DNA of 64,000 bases, from sequence record KT454805; one strand, written 5' to 3'. Both the position numbers and the translations under genes were made by a program. This stretch comes from Escherichia phage phiSUSP1. The notes beneath the pieces are model-generated. The model was not told the origin of the DNA, made no database searches, and saw only the letters and a program-made list of their open reading frames with translations. This document shows, piece after piece, positions 1 to 10,648 of the stretch. Position 1 is the stretch's first letter, and every line of letters begins with the position of its first letter.

Positions 1-21
1 TTCTATTTGCGGAGGCGCTTA

Positions 22-1623
22 ATGGATTTGAATGCTGTTAAGCAGAAGCGAGTGGAAGATGTAAGGAAAGTCCTAGCTGGAGAGTTGGGGCTTTCTGACG
101 AAGTTAAAGATATTATCAAGTCATTTGGTAAAGACCCCTCTAAATTCCTTCCTACTCAGATTCTGACTTTATTAAGATACACTCCAGACCAAGTAAGACT
201 TATCTTCAAACTTATGACTGATAAGAACTATGTAGCTCCACAACCCGGCTCTCAGGAAGTGTTTCTTAACACAAATGCTGACTTAGTTCTGTATGGTGGT
301 GCGGCTGGTGCTGGTAAGACTGCTGCTTTGCTGATGGATTCACTCAGATTTATCGAAGACCCTAACTACAACGCTGTATACTTCCGTCGAAACACGACAC
401 AGTTACAAGGTGGTTTATGGCCTGCTGCGAAGAAGCTTTTTGGTAAGTTCGGTGGTGTTCCACATGAACAGAAGATGACTATTGTATTCCCTTCTGGGGC
501 TACTATCAAGTTTACCTACTTAGAACTTGAAAAACACGCTGAAGGTCATCAGGGTATTGAATACTCAGCAATTTACTTTGACGAAGGTACACACTTCTCT
601 GCGTCACAGATTTCATACCTGCAAACTCGTTTGCGTTCTGGTGCTGAAGGTGACTCTTACATGAAGATTTCCATGAACCCAGACAGAGACCACTTCATTT
701 ATGATTGGGTAGAACCATTCTTAGACGAAGAAGGTTATCCAGACCCTGAGAAATGTGGTCGTATTCGTTGGTATGTGATGAATGATGGTGTGATGGTATC
801 TGATTGGGATAGAGACAAGATTCTTGAAATGTTCCCTCTGGAGATTCCTCAGACGTATACCTTTATCTCTGGTACGATTGATGATAACCCAATTCTTGAC
901 TTCTTGGAACCGAAGTATCGTGGTAAGCTGGAAAACAACACTCCAGTAAACGTTGCACGTTTGAGATTTGGTAACTGGAAAGCTCGTGCAGAAGGTTCTA
1001 ACTATTGGCAAAGGCAATGGTGTGAGATTGTTGACTCAGTTCCACCTGACGTATTTGACGTTAGAGCATGGGACTTAGCGGCTACTTTACCTTCTGAAGT
1101 TAACCCTAACCCTGACTGGACAGCAGGTGTTAGAATGGCTAAATCTAAAAAAGATGGTTGCTATTATGTCATGAACGTAGTAAGATTTAGAGATAGACCT
1201 TCTGGAGTCGAGACACAAATTAACTTGACTGCTGAAAGCGACGGCAAACGTACTGGTATCTTTATTCCTCAAGACCCAGGCGCTGCTGGTAAATCCTACG
1301 CAACATCTCTTATCAGAAAACTTGCCGAGAAAGGTTATCGTGCAAGAGCCAAACCAACCAATAAAGATAAAGTTACCCGTTTTGCAGGTTTCTCTGCTGC
1401 TTCTGAAGCAGGATTGGTAAAAATCGTTAGAGGTAGCTGGAACGAAGCCTATTTCCAAGAACTGGAAGGTTTTTGTGGAGATGGGAAAACCAAGGATGAC
1501 CAAGTGGATGCCACAAGCGATGCTTTCAACAGTCTCAACGAAGTAAAACTATTCAAGCCACCTTCTATGGGTACTCACACTGACTTAGTGAGGAGCAATC
1601 CTTATGAGGGGCTTAGACGTTAA
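22..1623 (+). CDS. terminase large subunit (ATPase + nuclease); ORF is open to the window edge so the start may lie upstream, ATG at 22 has a GGAGG RBS
   Basis: P-loop/Walker A LYGGAAGAGKTAALL about 95 aa in; about 535 aa; immediately upstream of portal gene. Confidence 0.85.
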   Translation: MDLNAVKQKRVEDVRKVLAGELGLSDEVKDIIKSFGKDPSKFLPTQILTLLRYTPDQVRLIFKLMTDKNYVAPQPGSQEVFLNTNADLVLYGGAAGAGKTAALLMDSLRFIEDPNYNAVYFRRNTTQLQGGLWPAAKKLFGKFGGVPHEQKMTIVFPSGATIKFTYLELEKHAEGHQGIEYSAIYFDEGTHFSASQISYLQTRLRSGAEGDSYMKISMNPDRDHFIYDWVEPFLDEEGYPDPEKCGRIRWYVMNDGVMVSDWDRDKILEMFPLEIPQTYTFISGTIDDNPILDFLEPKYRGKLENNTPVNVARLRFGNWKARAEGSNYWQRQWCEIVDSVPPDVFDVRAWDLAATLPSEVNPNPDWTAGVRMAKSKKDGCYYVMNVVRFRDRPSGVETQINLTAESDGKRTGIFIPQDPGAAGKSYATSLIRKLAEKGYRARAKPTNKDKVTRFAGFSAASEAGLVKIVRGSWNEAYFQELEGFCGDGKTKDDQVDATSDAFNSLNEVKLFKPPSMGTHTDLVRSNPYEGLRR

Positions 1624-1640
1624 CAATTCAGGTGAGAAGA

Positions 1641-3107
1641 ATGGCAGAAATTACAGAAACACAAGAAAGCCTACCTCCATTCAGAATGGGTGAGGTTGGG
1701 AGCCTTGGTTTAAAGGTTCGTGGTGGAAGAATCTACGAAGAACCTAGACAAGCTTTAAGATTCCCAGAAAGTATTAAGACTTTCCAACTGATGATGCGTG
1801 ACCCTGCTGTAGCGGCATCTGTAAACATTATTAAGATGTTTGTTAGAAAAGTCAACTGGAGATTTGTTCCTCCGAAGGGAAAAGAACAAGACCCTAAGAT
1901 GATTGAACGAGCAGACTTCTTTAACTCTCTGATGGATGACATGGAGCATGATTGGGCTGACTTTATTAACTCTGTAATGTCATTCTGTACTTACGGATTC
2001 TGCGTGAATGAGAAAGTTTACAAGAAGCGTCAGGGTAATAAAGGGAAATACCCTTCAAGATATAATGATGGTTTAATTGGTTGGGCTAAACTCCCTATCA
2101 GAAACCAGTCAACTCTTGATAAATGGTATTTTGATTCAGATTATCGAAAAGTAACAGGTGTTAGACAGAATCTGAGAAACGTTTCACACATTGCTGGAGC
2201 TATTAATCTGGCTGAACAGCCACTGACAAGAAAACTTCCAAGAAGTAAATTCTTGCTGTTCAAATATGATGATGAATACGGTAACCCAGAAGGTCGTTCA
2301 CCATTGCTTAATGCTTATGTACCTTGGAAATATAAAGTCCAAATTGAAGAGTACGAAGCAGTTGGTGTTTCCAGAGACTTAGTAGGTATGCCAAAGATTG
2401 GTTTACCACCTGATTATCTGGATGAGAATGCTGAACCTGAAAAGAAAGCTTTCGTAGAATACTGCAAATCTGTAGTTAATGATATGATTGCAAATGACCG
2501 AGCAGGTTTAATCTGGCCTAGATTCATCGACCCAGAAACTAAAGAGGATATCTTTGAGTTCTCATTAGTGTCTAGACAGGGTGCAAAGGCTTATGATACC
2601 GGAGCTATTATTGACCGTTATTCTAAGCAGATTATGATGGCGTTTATGTCAGATGTTCTTGCAATGGGTCAGTCAAAATATGGTTCATTCTCTTTAGCAG
2701 ATTCTAAGACAAGTTTACTTGCAATGTCTGTAGACATTCTTCTGAAACAAATCAGAAACGTAATTAACCGTGACCTAGTAGCACAGACTTACGCTCTGAA
2801 TATGTGGGATGATGAAGAACACGTTCAAATCGTTTATGACGACATTGAAACTCCAGACCTTGAAGCTATCGGTGCTTATATTCAGAAGACCGTCGCAGTT
2901 GGTGCTATGGAAGTTGATAAGGAACTGTCTAACAAGCTTAGAGAACACATTGGCTTACCACCTGCTGATGAGTCTCAACCTGTGTCTGAAGAATTATCTC
3001 CTAACACTCAAAGTCGTTCAGGAGATGGTTATAAGACTGCCGGAGAGGGAACTGCGAAGACCCCTTCAGCAAAAGACCCAAGTACAGCGAATAAGGCAAA
3101 TAAATAA
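1641..3107 (+). CDS. portal protein
   Basis: about 490 aa ORF directly after terminase and before prohead protease; ORF track start 1632 is GTG, ATG at 1641 more likely. Confidence 0.7.
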   Translation: MAEITETQESLPPFRMGEVGSLGLKVRGGRIYEEPRQALRFPESIKTFQLMMRDPAVAASVNIIKMFVRKVNWRFVPPKGKEQDPKMIERADFFNSLMDDMEHDWADFINSVMSFCTYGFCVNEKVYKKRQGNKGKYPSRYNDGLIGWAKLPIRNQSTLDKWYFDSDYRKVTGVRQNLRNVSHIAGAINLAEQPLTRKLPRSKFLLFKYDDEYGNPEGRSPLLNAYVPWKYKVQIEEYEAVGVSRDLVGMPKIGLPPDYLDENAEPEKKAFVEYCKSVVNDMIANDRAGLIWPRFIDPETKEDIFEFSLVSRQGAKAYDTGAIIDRYSKQIMMAFMSDVLAMGQSKYGSFSLADSKTSLLAMSVDILLKQIRNVINRDLVAQTYALNMWDDEEHVQIVYDDIETPDLEAIGAYIQKTVAVGAMEVDKELSNKLREHIGLPPADESQPVSEELSPNTQSRSGDGYKTAGEGTAKTPSAKDPSTANKANK

Positions 3108-3607
3108 TGGCTGAAGTTATCTCTATTTCAAATGCTACACGAGTGCATTCGTATAGAGGTGTTCTGGTTATTACTGATACGTTATCTGTAGAGGCTGGCT
3201 CAAGGGTCAGCCTTTCAGGTTATGTAAGTGATGGTGGAACCTCTAACGTTTTCACTATTTGTAGGTTACTTGATGCTCCAATGAACGGAAATTCGTTTAT
3301 TTCAAACAATTGTAGCGAAATTGTTAAAATTCCATTTGACAGTTCATGCCTTTTGGGTGTAAAGTTATATAACTGTGAAAATAAACGTATAAACGTTAAT
3401 AGCGTTGAAGCTGCGTTCATTACCATTGACACAGCATTTCAATCCCCAATGACAGTAAACAAAGAGTCTAACAGACTTGAGTACATTTTTTCACAAAATG
3501 ATTACAAAGTACTTGTCAAAGGTAAAGTATATGATATGATTGTAAATGTGGTGGATGAATCTGGTAACCATTCAACAGTCCTTAAACAGAAAGTAAGGTT
3601 CAATTAA
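3107..3607 (+). CDS. hypothetical protein (166 aa) between portal and protease
   Basis: ORF track; start overlaps portal stop; no recognisable motif. Confidence 0.4.
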   Translation: MAEVISISNATRVHSYRGVLVITDTLSVEAGSRVSLSGYVSDGGTSNVFTICRLLDAPMNGNSFISNNCSEIVKIPFDSSCLLGVKLYNCENKRINVNSVEAAFITIDTAFQSPMTVNKESNRLEYIFSQNDYKVLVKGKVYDMIVNVVDESGNHSTVLKQKVRFN

Positions 3608-3939
3608 TGGGAACATTAACTATTGATGGTAAGAATAAAATCCTCGCCACGCTAACCCCAACGACTATTGTTTTACACAATGTAGACCCAACGGCAGACC
3701 CTACAGCAAATAAGGTTACTCAGCCAGTGGCTATTTATTTCTCTGAACCGAACAACGGCTTAATTGCCTCAGAAGATACAGTCAATATTACTGTACCAGC
3801 TTCTGCAACGGTCTCACACTATAGCCTATGGGATGCCAACGATAAATGCGTGGCAACAGGTGCTCTTAGCAGCCCTCAATTCTTTGCTGAAGAAGGTATC
3901 TATGTTATCGCTTCAGTATCGGTGGATTTAAACAAATAG
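3607..3939 (+). CDS. hypothetical protein (110 aa)
   Basis: ORF track; start codon coupled to the preceding stop. Confidence 0.4.
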   Translation: MGTLTIDGKNKILATLTPTTIVLHNVDPTADPTANKVTQPVAIYFSEPNNGLIASEDTVNITVPASATVSHYSLWDANDKCVATGALSSPQFFAEEGIYVIASVSVDLNK

Positions 3940-3949
3940 GGTGAGTAAA

Positions 3950-5296
3950 ATGAGTTCGAATATCTTCAGACTTGCTGATAGATTATTCAACCAACCTTTA
4001 CTAGCCACTGAATCTCTAGCTCACTCAGCAGCGACTTATGTAAATAATCGCTTGTTAGGTGAAGTTCAAGCAGCAGTCAATTTCGACAAACCTAAAGGTG
4101 AGGCAAGAAGTCTTTTAAAAGTTAAAGACGACATTGCTATTATCCCTATTATGGGTGGCCTAACACATCGTATGACCTTTATGGATGCAATGTGTACTGG
4201 TGGTCTGAGTTCTTATGAAGGTTTACGCAGAGGCTTTGATGAAGCTTTAGCAGATGAATCTATTAAGACAATTGTACTGCATGTTGATTCTGGTGGTGGT
4301 GAAGCTTCAGGTTGTTTTGAATTAGCACGTCACATCGTAGCCTCCAGAGGCAAAAAGAAAATTGTAGCATATGTTGATGAGTTCGCATGTTCCGCTGCGT
4401 ATGCACTTGCATGTTCTGCTGATGAAGTAATTGCATCACCAGATGCAGATGTTGGTTCAATCGGTGTAATTATGGTTCACCAAGAATTAACTAAAGCATT
4501 TGAAAAGAATGGCGTTACGATTAACGTTATTAAAGCTGGTGAATTTAAAGGTTTGGGTTCTCCATTCCAAGCACTCTCAGAAGAAAGCAAAACAAGACTT
4601 CAGCAGAGAATTAATGACACCTATAACACCTTCACAGGTTTTGTAGCTGATGCACGTAATATCTCTGAAGAAGCTGTAAAGAATACTGAGGCGAATGTTT
4701 ATTCTGCTCAGGAAGCTCTTGAACTTGGTTTAATTAATTCAATCATGTCTCAAGATGATTTCTTAAATTACTTACAAGGTTCTGATGAAGCTCCTGTAAG
4801 TTTAAACGTTAACAATTCAGGTGAAGAAATGACTGAACAAGAAAAGCAAGAACTAGAGGCTCTACGCGCTCAGGTTGCTCAGATGAAAGCAAAAGAACAG
4901 GAAAAAACTATGTCTGAACTGACTGGTAAGATTTCTGCTTCTGCTGAAGCTTTCGGATTTGACGCAACAGAAGCTGCTCAGGCTATCTTAGGCGCTGGTC
5001 TTGACAACCCTCTGAGTGTTCTCTTTATGAATGCTATGGAAGGTGCTAACCAGAAACTAAATGAAACTATCGCGTCTCATGCTTCTGCAATGTCAGAGAA
5101 AGACACAGAAATCACTAAGCTGAAAGAAACTGCTGGTGCTGTTCTGGAACACTCTAACGCAATGGAAGAAATGGGTAATGACGGTGAAGCAGAACTGGTT
5201 GATGAAGAAAAACCTTCTGAAAACGCATCTGATGACACCGCAGAACAACGCAAACTGGCTCTCCAGAATGCTTTGCAATCTCTTCTTAATAAATAA
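3950..5296 (+). CDS. prohead protease (S49/SppA-ClpP-like) fused to coiled-coil scaffold-like C-terminal region
   Basis: N-terminal peptidase-like region (IIPIMGGL, VDSGGGEASGCFELA, acyl-enzyme Ser region FACSAAYALAC); C-terminal Q/E/K-rich helical region; between portal and capsid. Confidence 0.7.
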   Translation: MSSNIFRLADRLFNQPLLATESLAHSAATYVNNRLLGEVQAAVNFDKPKGEARSLLKVKDDIAIIPIMGGLTHRMTFMDAMCTGGLSSYEGLRRGFDEALADESIKTIVLHVDSGGGEASGCFELARHIVASRGKKKIVAYVDEFACSAAYALACSADEVIASPDADVGSIGVIMVHQELTKAFEKNGVTINVIKAGEFKGLGSPFQALSEESKTRLQQRINDTYNTFTGFVADARNISEEAVKNTEANVYSAQEALELGLINSIMSQDDFLNYLQGSDEAPVSLNVNNSGEEMTEQEKQELEALRAQVAQMKAKEQEKTMSELTGKISASAEAFGFDATEAAQAILGAGLDNPLSVLFMNAMEGANQKLNETIASHASAMSEKDTEITKLKETAGAVLEHSNAMEEMGNDGEAELVDEEKPSENASDDTAEQRKLALQNALQSLLNK

Positions 5297-5308
5297 GGAA
5301 CACAAATA

Positions 5309-5686
5309 ATGGCATATGAAGGTTTTACTCACTTAGGTAACAGAGAACCACTGAATGATATCATTCTTTGGGAACAGATTACACCAACAGGTCACTCTCG
5401 TAAAGAGTACGCTCCAGTCGCTGCTACAGAATACCGTGTAGGTGAAGTTCTGAAAGCCGATGGAACCAAAGTTGCAACTGGTGAAGAAGCTCAGGCTGAT
5501 TCTGTTTGCATCGTTAACTTCTACGCAGACCTGCAACTGTCTTACCACGGTCAGTTGAAAGTTGTTGGTATCTACCGTGATGCTGAACTGAAAGACCTCT
5601 TAACTCTGGCTGAAGATGTTGATGCCGACGCAGTTAAGGCGGCTCTGAAAGCAAAAGGCATTGATTTCGTACCAACTGGCCTGTAA
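5309..5686 (+). CDS. head protein (decoration/scaffold-like), function uncertain
   Basis: 125 aa ORF between protease and major capsid gene. Confidence 0.4.
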   Translation: MAYEGFTHLGNREPLNDIILWEQITPTGHSRKEYAPVAATEYRVGEVLKADGTKVATGEEAQADSVCIVNFYADLQLSYHGQLKVVGIYRDAELKDLLTLAEDVDADAVKAALKAKGIDFVPTGL

Positions 5687-5716
5687 TAACAATAAGACAT
5701 TCTGGAGAATTTTATA

Positions 5717-6826
5717 ATGGCATTAACTAATTCTGAAAAAAGCAGATTTTTCCTTGCTGACCTGACTGGTGAAGTCCAGTCTATCCCAAATACTTATGGT
5801 TATATTTCCGGTTTGGGTCTTTTCCGTTCTGCCCCAATTACTCAGACCACTTTCCTGATGGATTTAACTGAGTCTGACATTAGCTTACTGGATGCAGTAG
5901 ACCGTACCAGCCGTAAAGCTGAGACGAGTGCTCCAGAGAGAGTTAAGCAGATTAGCTTCCCAATGATGTACTTCAAGGAAGTGGAAAGCATTACTCCTGA
6001 TGAAATTCAGGGTGTACGTCAGCCAGGCACTGCAAACGAACTGACTACTGAAGCTATCGTTCGTGCTCGTAAGCTGATGAAGATTCGTACCAAGTTCGAT
6101 ATTACTCGTGAGTTCTTGTTCATGCAAGCTCTGAAGGGTAAAGTAATCGACGCTAACGGTGTTCTGTACGCTGACCTGTTCAAGCAGTTCGACGTTGAGA
6201 AGAAGACTGTTTACTTCGACCTTGACAATCCAAACGCTGATATCGACGCTGCTATCGAAGAACTTCGTATGCACATGGAAGATGAAGCTAAAGTTGGTAC
6301 TGTAATCAACGGTGAAGAAATTCACATCGTTGTTGACCGTCTGTTCTTCAGCAAGCTTATCAAGCATCCGAAGATTCGTGACGCATACCTTGCACAACAG
6401 ACTCCGCTGGCTTGGCAGCAGATTACTGGCTCTCTGAGAACTGGTGGTACTGATGGCGTTCAGGCGCACATGAACACATTCTACTACGGTGGTGTGAAGT
6501 TCGTTCAGTACAACGGTAAGTTCCAAGATAAGCGTGGTAAGACTCACGTTCTGGTAAGCATCGACGGCGTAGCAAACACTGTAGGTGTTGGTCATGCGTT
6601 CCCTAACGTTTCTATGTTGGGTGAAGCTAACAACATCTTCGAAGTTGCATATGGCCCATGTCCTAAGATGGGTTATGCAAATACTCTTGGTCAGGAACTG
6701 TACGTATTCGAATACGAAAAAGACCGTGACGAAGGTATTGACTTCGAAGCTCACTCTTACATGCTGCCATACTGCACACGTCCTCAGTTGCTGGTAGACG
6801 TTCGTTCTGACGCTAAACCAGACTAA
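5717..6826 (+). CDS. major capsid protein
   Basis: 369 aa ORF in canonical position after protease/scaffold; strong RBS GGAGAAT; high-expression codon look. Confidence 0.7.
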   Translation: MALTNSEKSRFFLADLTGEVQSIPNTYGYISGLGLFRSAPITQTTFLMDLTESDISLLDAVDRTSRKAETSAPERVKQISFPMMYFKEVESITPDEIQGVRQPGTANELTTEAIVRARKLMKIRTKFDITREFLFMQALKGKVIDANGVLYADLFKQFDVEKKTVYFDLDNPNADIDAAIEELRMHMEDEAKVGTVINGEEIHIVVDRLFFSKLIKHPKIRDAYLAQQTPLAWQQITGSLRTGGTDGVQAHMNTFYYGGVKFVQYNGKFQDKRGKTHVLVSIDGVANTVGVGHAFPNVSMLGEANNIFEVAYGPCPKMGYANTLGQELYVFEYEKDRDEGIDFEAHSYMLPYCTRPQLLVDVRSDAKPD

Positions 6827-6847
6827 TACTTGAAAGGAGGGTTATAA

Positions 6848-7300
6848 ATGTGTTATACAGGCGACCCAGCCAATAACCCTCTTGATAGAGTAAGAATCCT
6901 CTGCACCGACACCAATAACGATGAACTTCTTATTGAACAGTCGGTGCTAGAGTGGTTCTATGTGGAATCTGGTAAAGACGAAAAGAAAGCAGCCATCAAA
7001 GCTCTTAAATATTTACTCTTTCAAGTAGCCAAGATGGGAGATGAGAAAGTTGGTGGTGTTTACTTACGTAACTCTTCCAGATTCAAGTCTCTAAAAGCTG
7101 TCTACGACGACCTGATTAAAAGTTCAGTGTCTGGTCTACCTTATGCGGGTGGGATTAGTCAGTGTGATATTGATATCAGGCGTCAACAGAATCCTTGCTC
7201 TGTCAAGAAATATACTGAATATGGCGATGCTGCTAGATATCATGGTAGAGACTTCTGCCCTAATGTCAATGGCGTATTTATTATCGAGCGAGATGAATAA
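6848..7300 (+). CDS. head-tail connector / head completion protein (putative)
   Basis: position between capsid and tail genes; RBS AAGGAGG. Confidence 0.4.
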   Translation: MCYTGDPANNPLDRVRILCTDTNNDELLIEQSVLEWFYVESGKDEKKAAIKALKYLLFQVAKMGDEKVGGVYLRNSSRFKSLKAVYDDLIKSSVSGLPYAGGISQCDIDIRRQQNPCSVKKYTEYGDAARYHGRDFCPNVNGVFIIERDE

Positions 7301-7782
7301 TGGTTAAAAGGGTTATTCACCCCGCGAGAGCTAAATTAGTCGGGGCTATGAAGAACTTGCATACGGCTAATGCTCAAGTTGGGTATTTTCAAGAACAAGG
7401 TCAACATAGCTCTGGTTTTTCTTATCCTGCTTTAATGTACTTACACGAAGTTATTGGGGTTCCCTCAGCTTCTGGTAAAGTATATCGTAGGTTGTTTGAA
7501 ATCACTATGATGCTAAACAGACAGACCTTGTTAGAGCAGACTAAGAAGAATCTCTATAAGCAACTTAACAGTCTTAACGTAGACCCTACAAATACTTTGG
7601 AAGCCTTTGCAAAGAGTGCTCAGAAGTCAATTAAAAGAGGTTTCGGTAATACTGCTATCCTTCCTCCTAACGCACCTTCCACAGTCAAGAAAAAAGGTTT
7701 TAACGCACCTCTTGTTGAGACGGGTGATTTAAGAGACCAACTTGCTTATAAAATTTCTACTAAAAAGGGTATTAAGAAATGA
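7300..7782 (+). CDS. head-tail joining protein (putative)
   Basis: ORF track; start overlaps the preceding stop. Confidence 0.4.
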   Translation: MVKRVIHPARAKLVGAMKNLHTANAQVGYFQEQGQHSSGFSYPALMYLHEVIGVPSASGKVYRRLFEITMMLNRQTLLEQTKKNLYKQLNSLNVDPTNTLEAFAKSAQKSIKRGFGNTAILPPNAPSTVKKKGFNAPLVETGDLRDQLAYKISTKKGIKK

Positions 7783-8180
7783 GACTCTTAAACAGACACC
7801 GCTTTGTAGTTAAGCGTAAAGTATCTGAGGATGGTTATTACAATAACGATGGTGATTGGGTAGCTTCAGAAGATATTGTAGAGATTAACTGCAAAGGTAA
7901 TATCCAGCCATATATTAAGGGTTCTGTGAAGAATGGTACACAGATTGTTTTACCTGAAGGTATTCGACTGACTGATACCAGAATCCTTTATACTGTAGCT
8001 AAGTTGAGAACATCTGATGATGTTGATTGGACTGAATCTGATATTGTGGTGATTGATGGTCACGAGTATGAAGTATTTATGACAATGGATTGGTCAAATC
8101 AATTAGCTTACACATCCCATTATGAATATATCATTATTAGAAGGGATAAAATGAATGCAGTTAGAAACAGCAGAACTTGA
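7779..8180 (+). CDS. neck/tail completion protein (putative)
   Basis: ORF track; overlapping start/stop. Confidence 0.4.
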   Translation: MRLLNRHRFVVKRKVSEDGYYNNDGDWVASEDIVEINCKGNIQPYIKGSVKNGTQIVLPEGIRLTDTRILYTVAKLRTSDDVDWTESDIVVIDGHEYEVFMTMDWSNQLAYTSHYEYIIIRRDKMNAVRNSRT

Positions 8181-8754
8181 GAAAGGGATTGTTAGAACTT
8201 TGGTAGATGTTATTGGTCACCGATTAGCTCGTGATAAGAATAACAGACCAAACGTTATTAGGGCTTATCCCTCTGACAACTCTAACGATAAAGGTTTAAA
8301 ACCTGACCAGCCATTCATTACAGTATACTGCCAAGATGCTACAACACCTTATGGTTGGGTACTTGATAAATTCGTGGAAGATGACGTAGTTTGTTATCGA
8401 ATTGCTTTTCAGATTCCCGTACTAATTACTGTAAATGGTAAAGGTGCTCACAGTATTATGCTGGAGCTAAAACAAAGGTTAGAGATGAGTTCCACAAGGG
8501 ATTTATTGCTTGAACAAACAGGTGCTACGGTACTTGATACTGGAGCTATCCCGAATGATTACACTTATCTTAACACAGATTTCGAAAATTCTGCACCTCT
8601 TGTTGTAACCCTTGTAATGAACTCAGTCTTGAAAGATGAACGTGGTGGTATTATTGAGCGCGTTATCGTTGATGGTGAGTTGGTTTATGAGGAAGGACAG
8701 GAGCCACCAGAATATATTATCCATCTAGATGTAGACTCCAAAGGGGTAAAATAA
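8155..8754 (+). CDS. tail completion / sheath terminator-like protein (putative)
   Basis: ORF track; immediately precedes putative sheath gene. Confidence 0.35.
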   Translation: MQLETAELEKGIVRTLVDVIGHRLARDKNNRPNVIRAYPSDNSNDKGLKPDQPFITVYCQDATTPYGWVLDKFVEDDVVCYRIAFQIPVLITVNGKGAHSIMLELKQRLEMSSTRDLLLEQTGATVLDTGAIPNDYTYLNTDFENSAPLVVTLVMNSVLKDERGGIIERVIVDGELVYEEGQEPPEYIIHLDVDSKGVK

Positions 8755-10107
8755 ATGTGGAATCCAATTGTTAATGTAGATATTACATTGAACACCGCAG
8801 GAACTACGAGAGAAGGTTTTGGTCTACCATTATTCTTAGCGTCAACAGACAACTTTGAAGAAAGGGTTCGTGGCTATACTTCTCTGACTGAAGTTGCTGA
8901 AGATTTCGGTGAAGATACTGCTGCTTATAAAGCTGCAAAACAGCTATGGAGTCAGACTCCAAAGGTAACTCAGCTATATATTGGTAGACGTGCTATGCAG
9001 TATACAGTCTCAATTCCTGACGAAGTAACTGAAAGCACAGATTACTCTCTGACGGTTGCTGTAGGTGGTGGGGTTTCTCAGCCATACCAATACACCGCTC
9101 AAGCTGAGGACACTGCTCTGATTGTCCTGACGCAGTTTAAAGACCAGATTGAAGCTGACCCAACAATCAAAGATGATGTTACCATCAACGTAACAGGTAC
9201 TGGTAGCTCTGCAACCATGATTGTTACAAAAGCTGGTGACAATGACTTCGTAAAAGTTACCTCAACAACTAACACTGTGTCAATCGCTGGTACAACTGCT
9301 GATACTGCTGCAACTGCTCTTGCTGCAATTGAAACGTACTCAACTGACTGGTACTTCATCTCTGCTGAAGACAGAACTGCACAGTTTGTCTTGGCAATGG
9401 CTTCAGAGATTCAGGCTCGTAAGAAGATTTTCTTCACAGCTAACTCTGATGTAGCTGCACTGCAAGGGACTGAACTTGCATCGGCTTCTGATGTTCCTGC
9501 ACAACTTGCTAAGAGCATGTACACTCGTACAGTTTGTTTGTGGCATCACACTGCTAGCTACGACTACCCAGAAATGGCTTATGTCGCTTACGGTGCTCCG
9601 TATGATGCAGGTTCAATTGCTTGGGGTAACGCTCAGTTGACTGGTGTTGAAGCATCTCTTCAGCCAGCTAACCAGAGACCTCTGACAAGCATTCAGAAAT
9701 CCGCTTTGGATGTACGTCACTGCAACTTCATCGACCTTGATGGCGGTGTTCCAGTTGTACGTAGAGGTATCACGTCTGGTGGTGAATGGATTGATATCAT
9801 CCGTGGTGTTGACTGGTTAGAATCTGACTTGAAAACTTCTCTGAGAGACTTGCTAATTAATCAGAAGGGTGGTAAGATTACTTATGATGATACTGGTATT
9901 ACCCGTATTCGTCAGGTCATTGAAACCTCTCTGCAAAGAGCAGTTAACAGAAACTTCCTGTCATCTTACACAGTTAATGTTCCTAAAGCCTCTCAAGTTG
10001 CTTTGGCAGACAAGAAAGCTCGTATCCTGAAAGACGTTACCTTCGCAGGTATCTTAGCGGGTGCTATCTTGGATGTTGACTTGAAAGGTACAGTGGCTTA
10101 CGAATAA
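8755..10107 (+). CDS. tail sheath protein (putative)
   Basis: 450 aa ORF followed by a small tube-sized ORF, a chaperone pair and the tape measure, which is the contractile-tail gene order. Confidence 0.45.
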   Translation: MWNPIVNVDITLNTAGTTREGFGLPLFLASTDNFEERVRGYTSLTEVAEDFGEDTAAYKAAKQLWSQTPKVTQLYIGRRAMQYTVSIPDEVTESTDYSLTVAVGGGVSQPYQYTAQAEDTALIVLTQFKDQIEADPTIKDDVTINVTGTGSSATMIVTKAGDNDFVKVTSTTNTVSIAGTTADTAATALAAIETYSTDWYFISAEDRTAQFVLAMASEIQARKKIFFTANSDVAALQGTELASASDVPAQLAKSMYTRTVCLWHHTASYDYPEMAYVAYGAPYDAGSIAWGNAQLTGVEASLQPANQRPLTSIQKSALDVRHCNFIDLDGGVPVVRRGITSGGEWIDIIRGVDWLESDLKTSLRDLLINQKGGKITYDDTGITRIRQVIETSLQRAVNRNFLSSYTVNVPKASQVALADKKARILKDVTFAGILAGAILDVDLKGTVAYE

Positions 10108-10122
10108 TAGAGGTAAATTGGA

Positions 10123-10569
10123 ATGGCTATGTATCAGCAATATTCCCCTAAAGACGTTGTATGTAGCTGGAATGGTATTGCCATCGAAGGCTTTGCTCCA
10201 GATTCATTCTTACGTCTTCAGAGAACTTCTCCACTTGTTACACCAGTTGTTGGTGCAGGTGGTCAGGTAGCTCTGACAAGAAACGCAGACAAGACAGGTA
10301 CTATTGAGATTGAGCTAATGCAGACTTCACTCTCTAACCAGATGCTTTCTGCGATTCAAGCTAAACAAGATGATATGGAACTTGAAGAAGATATCTCTTC
10401 TAACTTCGTAATCTACGACCCATCTGGCTCTGTTCTGGCAACTGGTATTAACGCATGGTTGCAGGAACTGCCACAGATTGAACTTGGTCGTGACCAGAAC
10501 TCTAAAACTTGGATTTTTGGTTGTGAGAAGTTAGACTACACTTCTACGATTCCTGCGTCAAGTGTTTAA
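10123..10569 (+). CDS. tail tube protein (putative)
   Basis: 148 aa ORF after the sheath candidate, followed by a terminator. Confidence 0.45.
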   Translation: MAMYQQYSPKDVVCSWNGIAIEGFAPDSFLRLQRTSPLVTPVVGAGGQVALTRNADKTGTIEIELMQTSLSNQMLSAIQAKQDDMELEEDISSNFVIYDPSGSVLATGINAWLQELPQIELGRDQNSKTWIFGCEKLDYTSTIPASSV

Positions 10570-10582
10570 GAACATCCTAATA

Positions 10583-10616
10583 AGGGGGAGACTGTAAAAG
10601 GTCTTCCCTTTTTTCG
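10583..10616 (+). terminator. intrinsic terminator after tube gene
   Basis: imperfect hairpin GGGGGAGAC-tgtaaaa-GGTCTTCCC followed by TTTTTT. Confidence 0.55.
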
Positions 10617-10648
10617 TTTATAGAACCTAAGAAATTTAAGGAATCACA

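Noticed and set aside
721-1503. Antisense ORFs 721..1017(-) and 1087..1503(-) inside the terminase gene
   Set aside because: Fully embedded in a well-supported coding region on the opposite strand, low-complexity products, no RBS context; the same applies to the other embedded antisense or alternate-frame ORFs in the track (for example 1733..1949-, 5885..6754-, 9099..9359-, 12854..13207-, 17628..17915-, 22497..22766-, 33601..34029+, 34060..34646, 44813..45085-, 59934..60196-).
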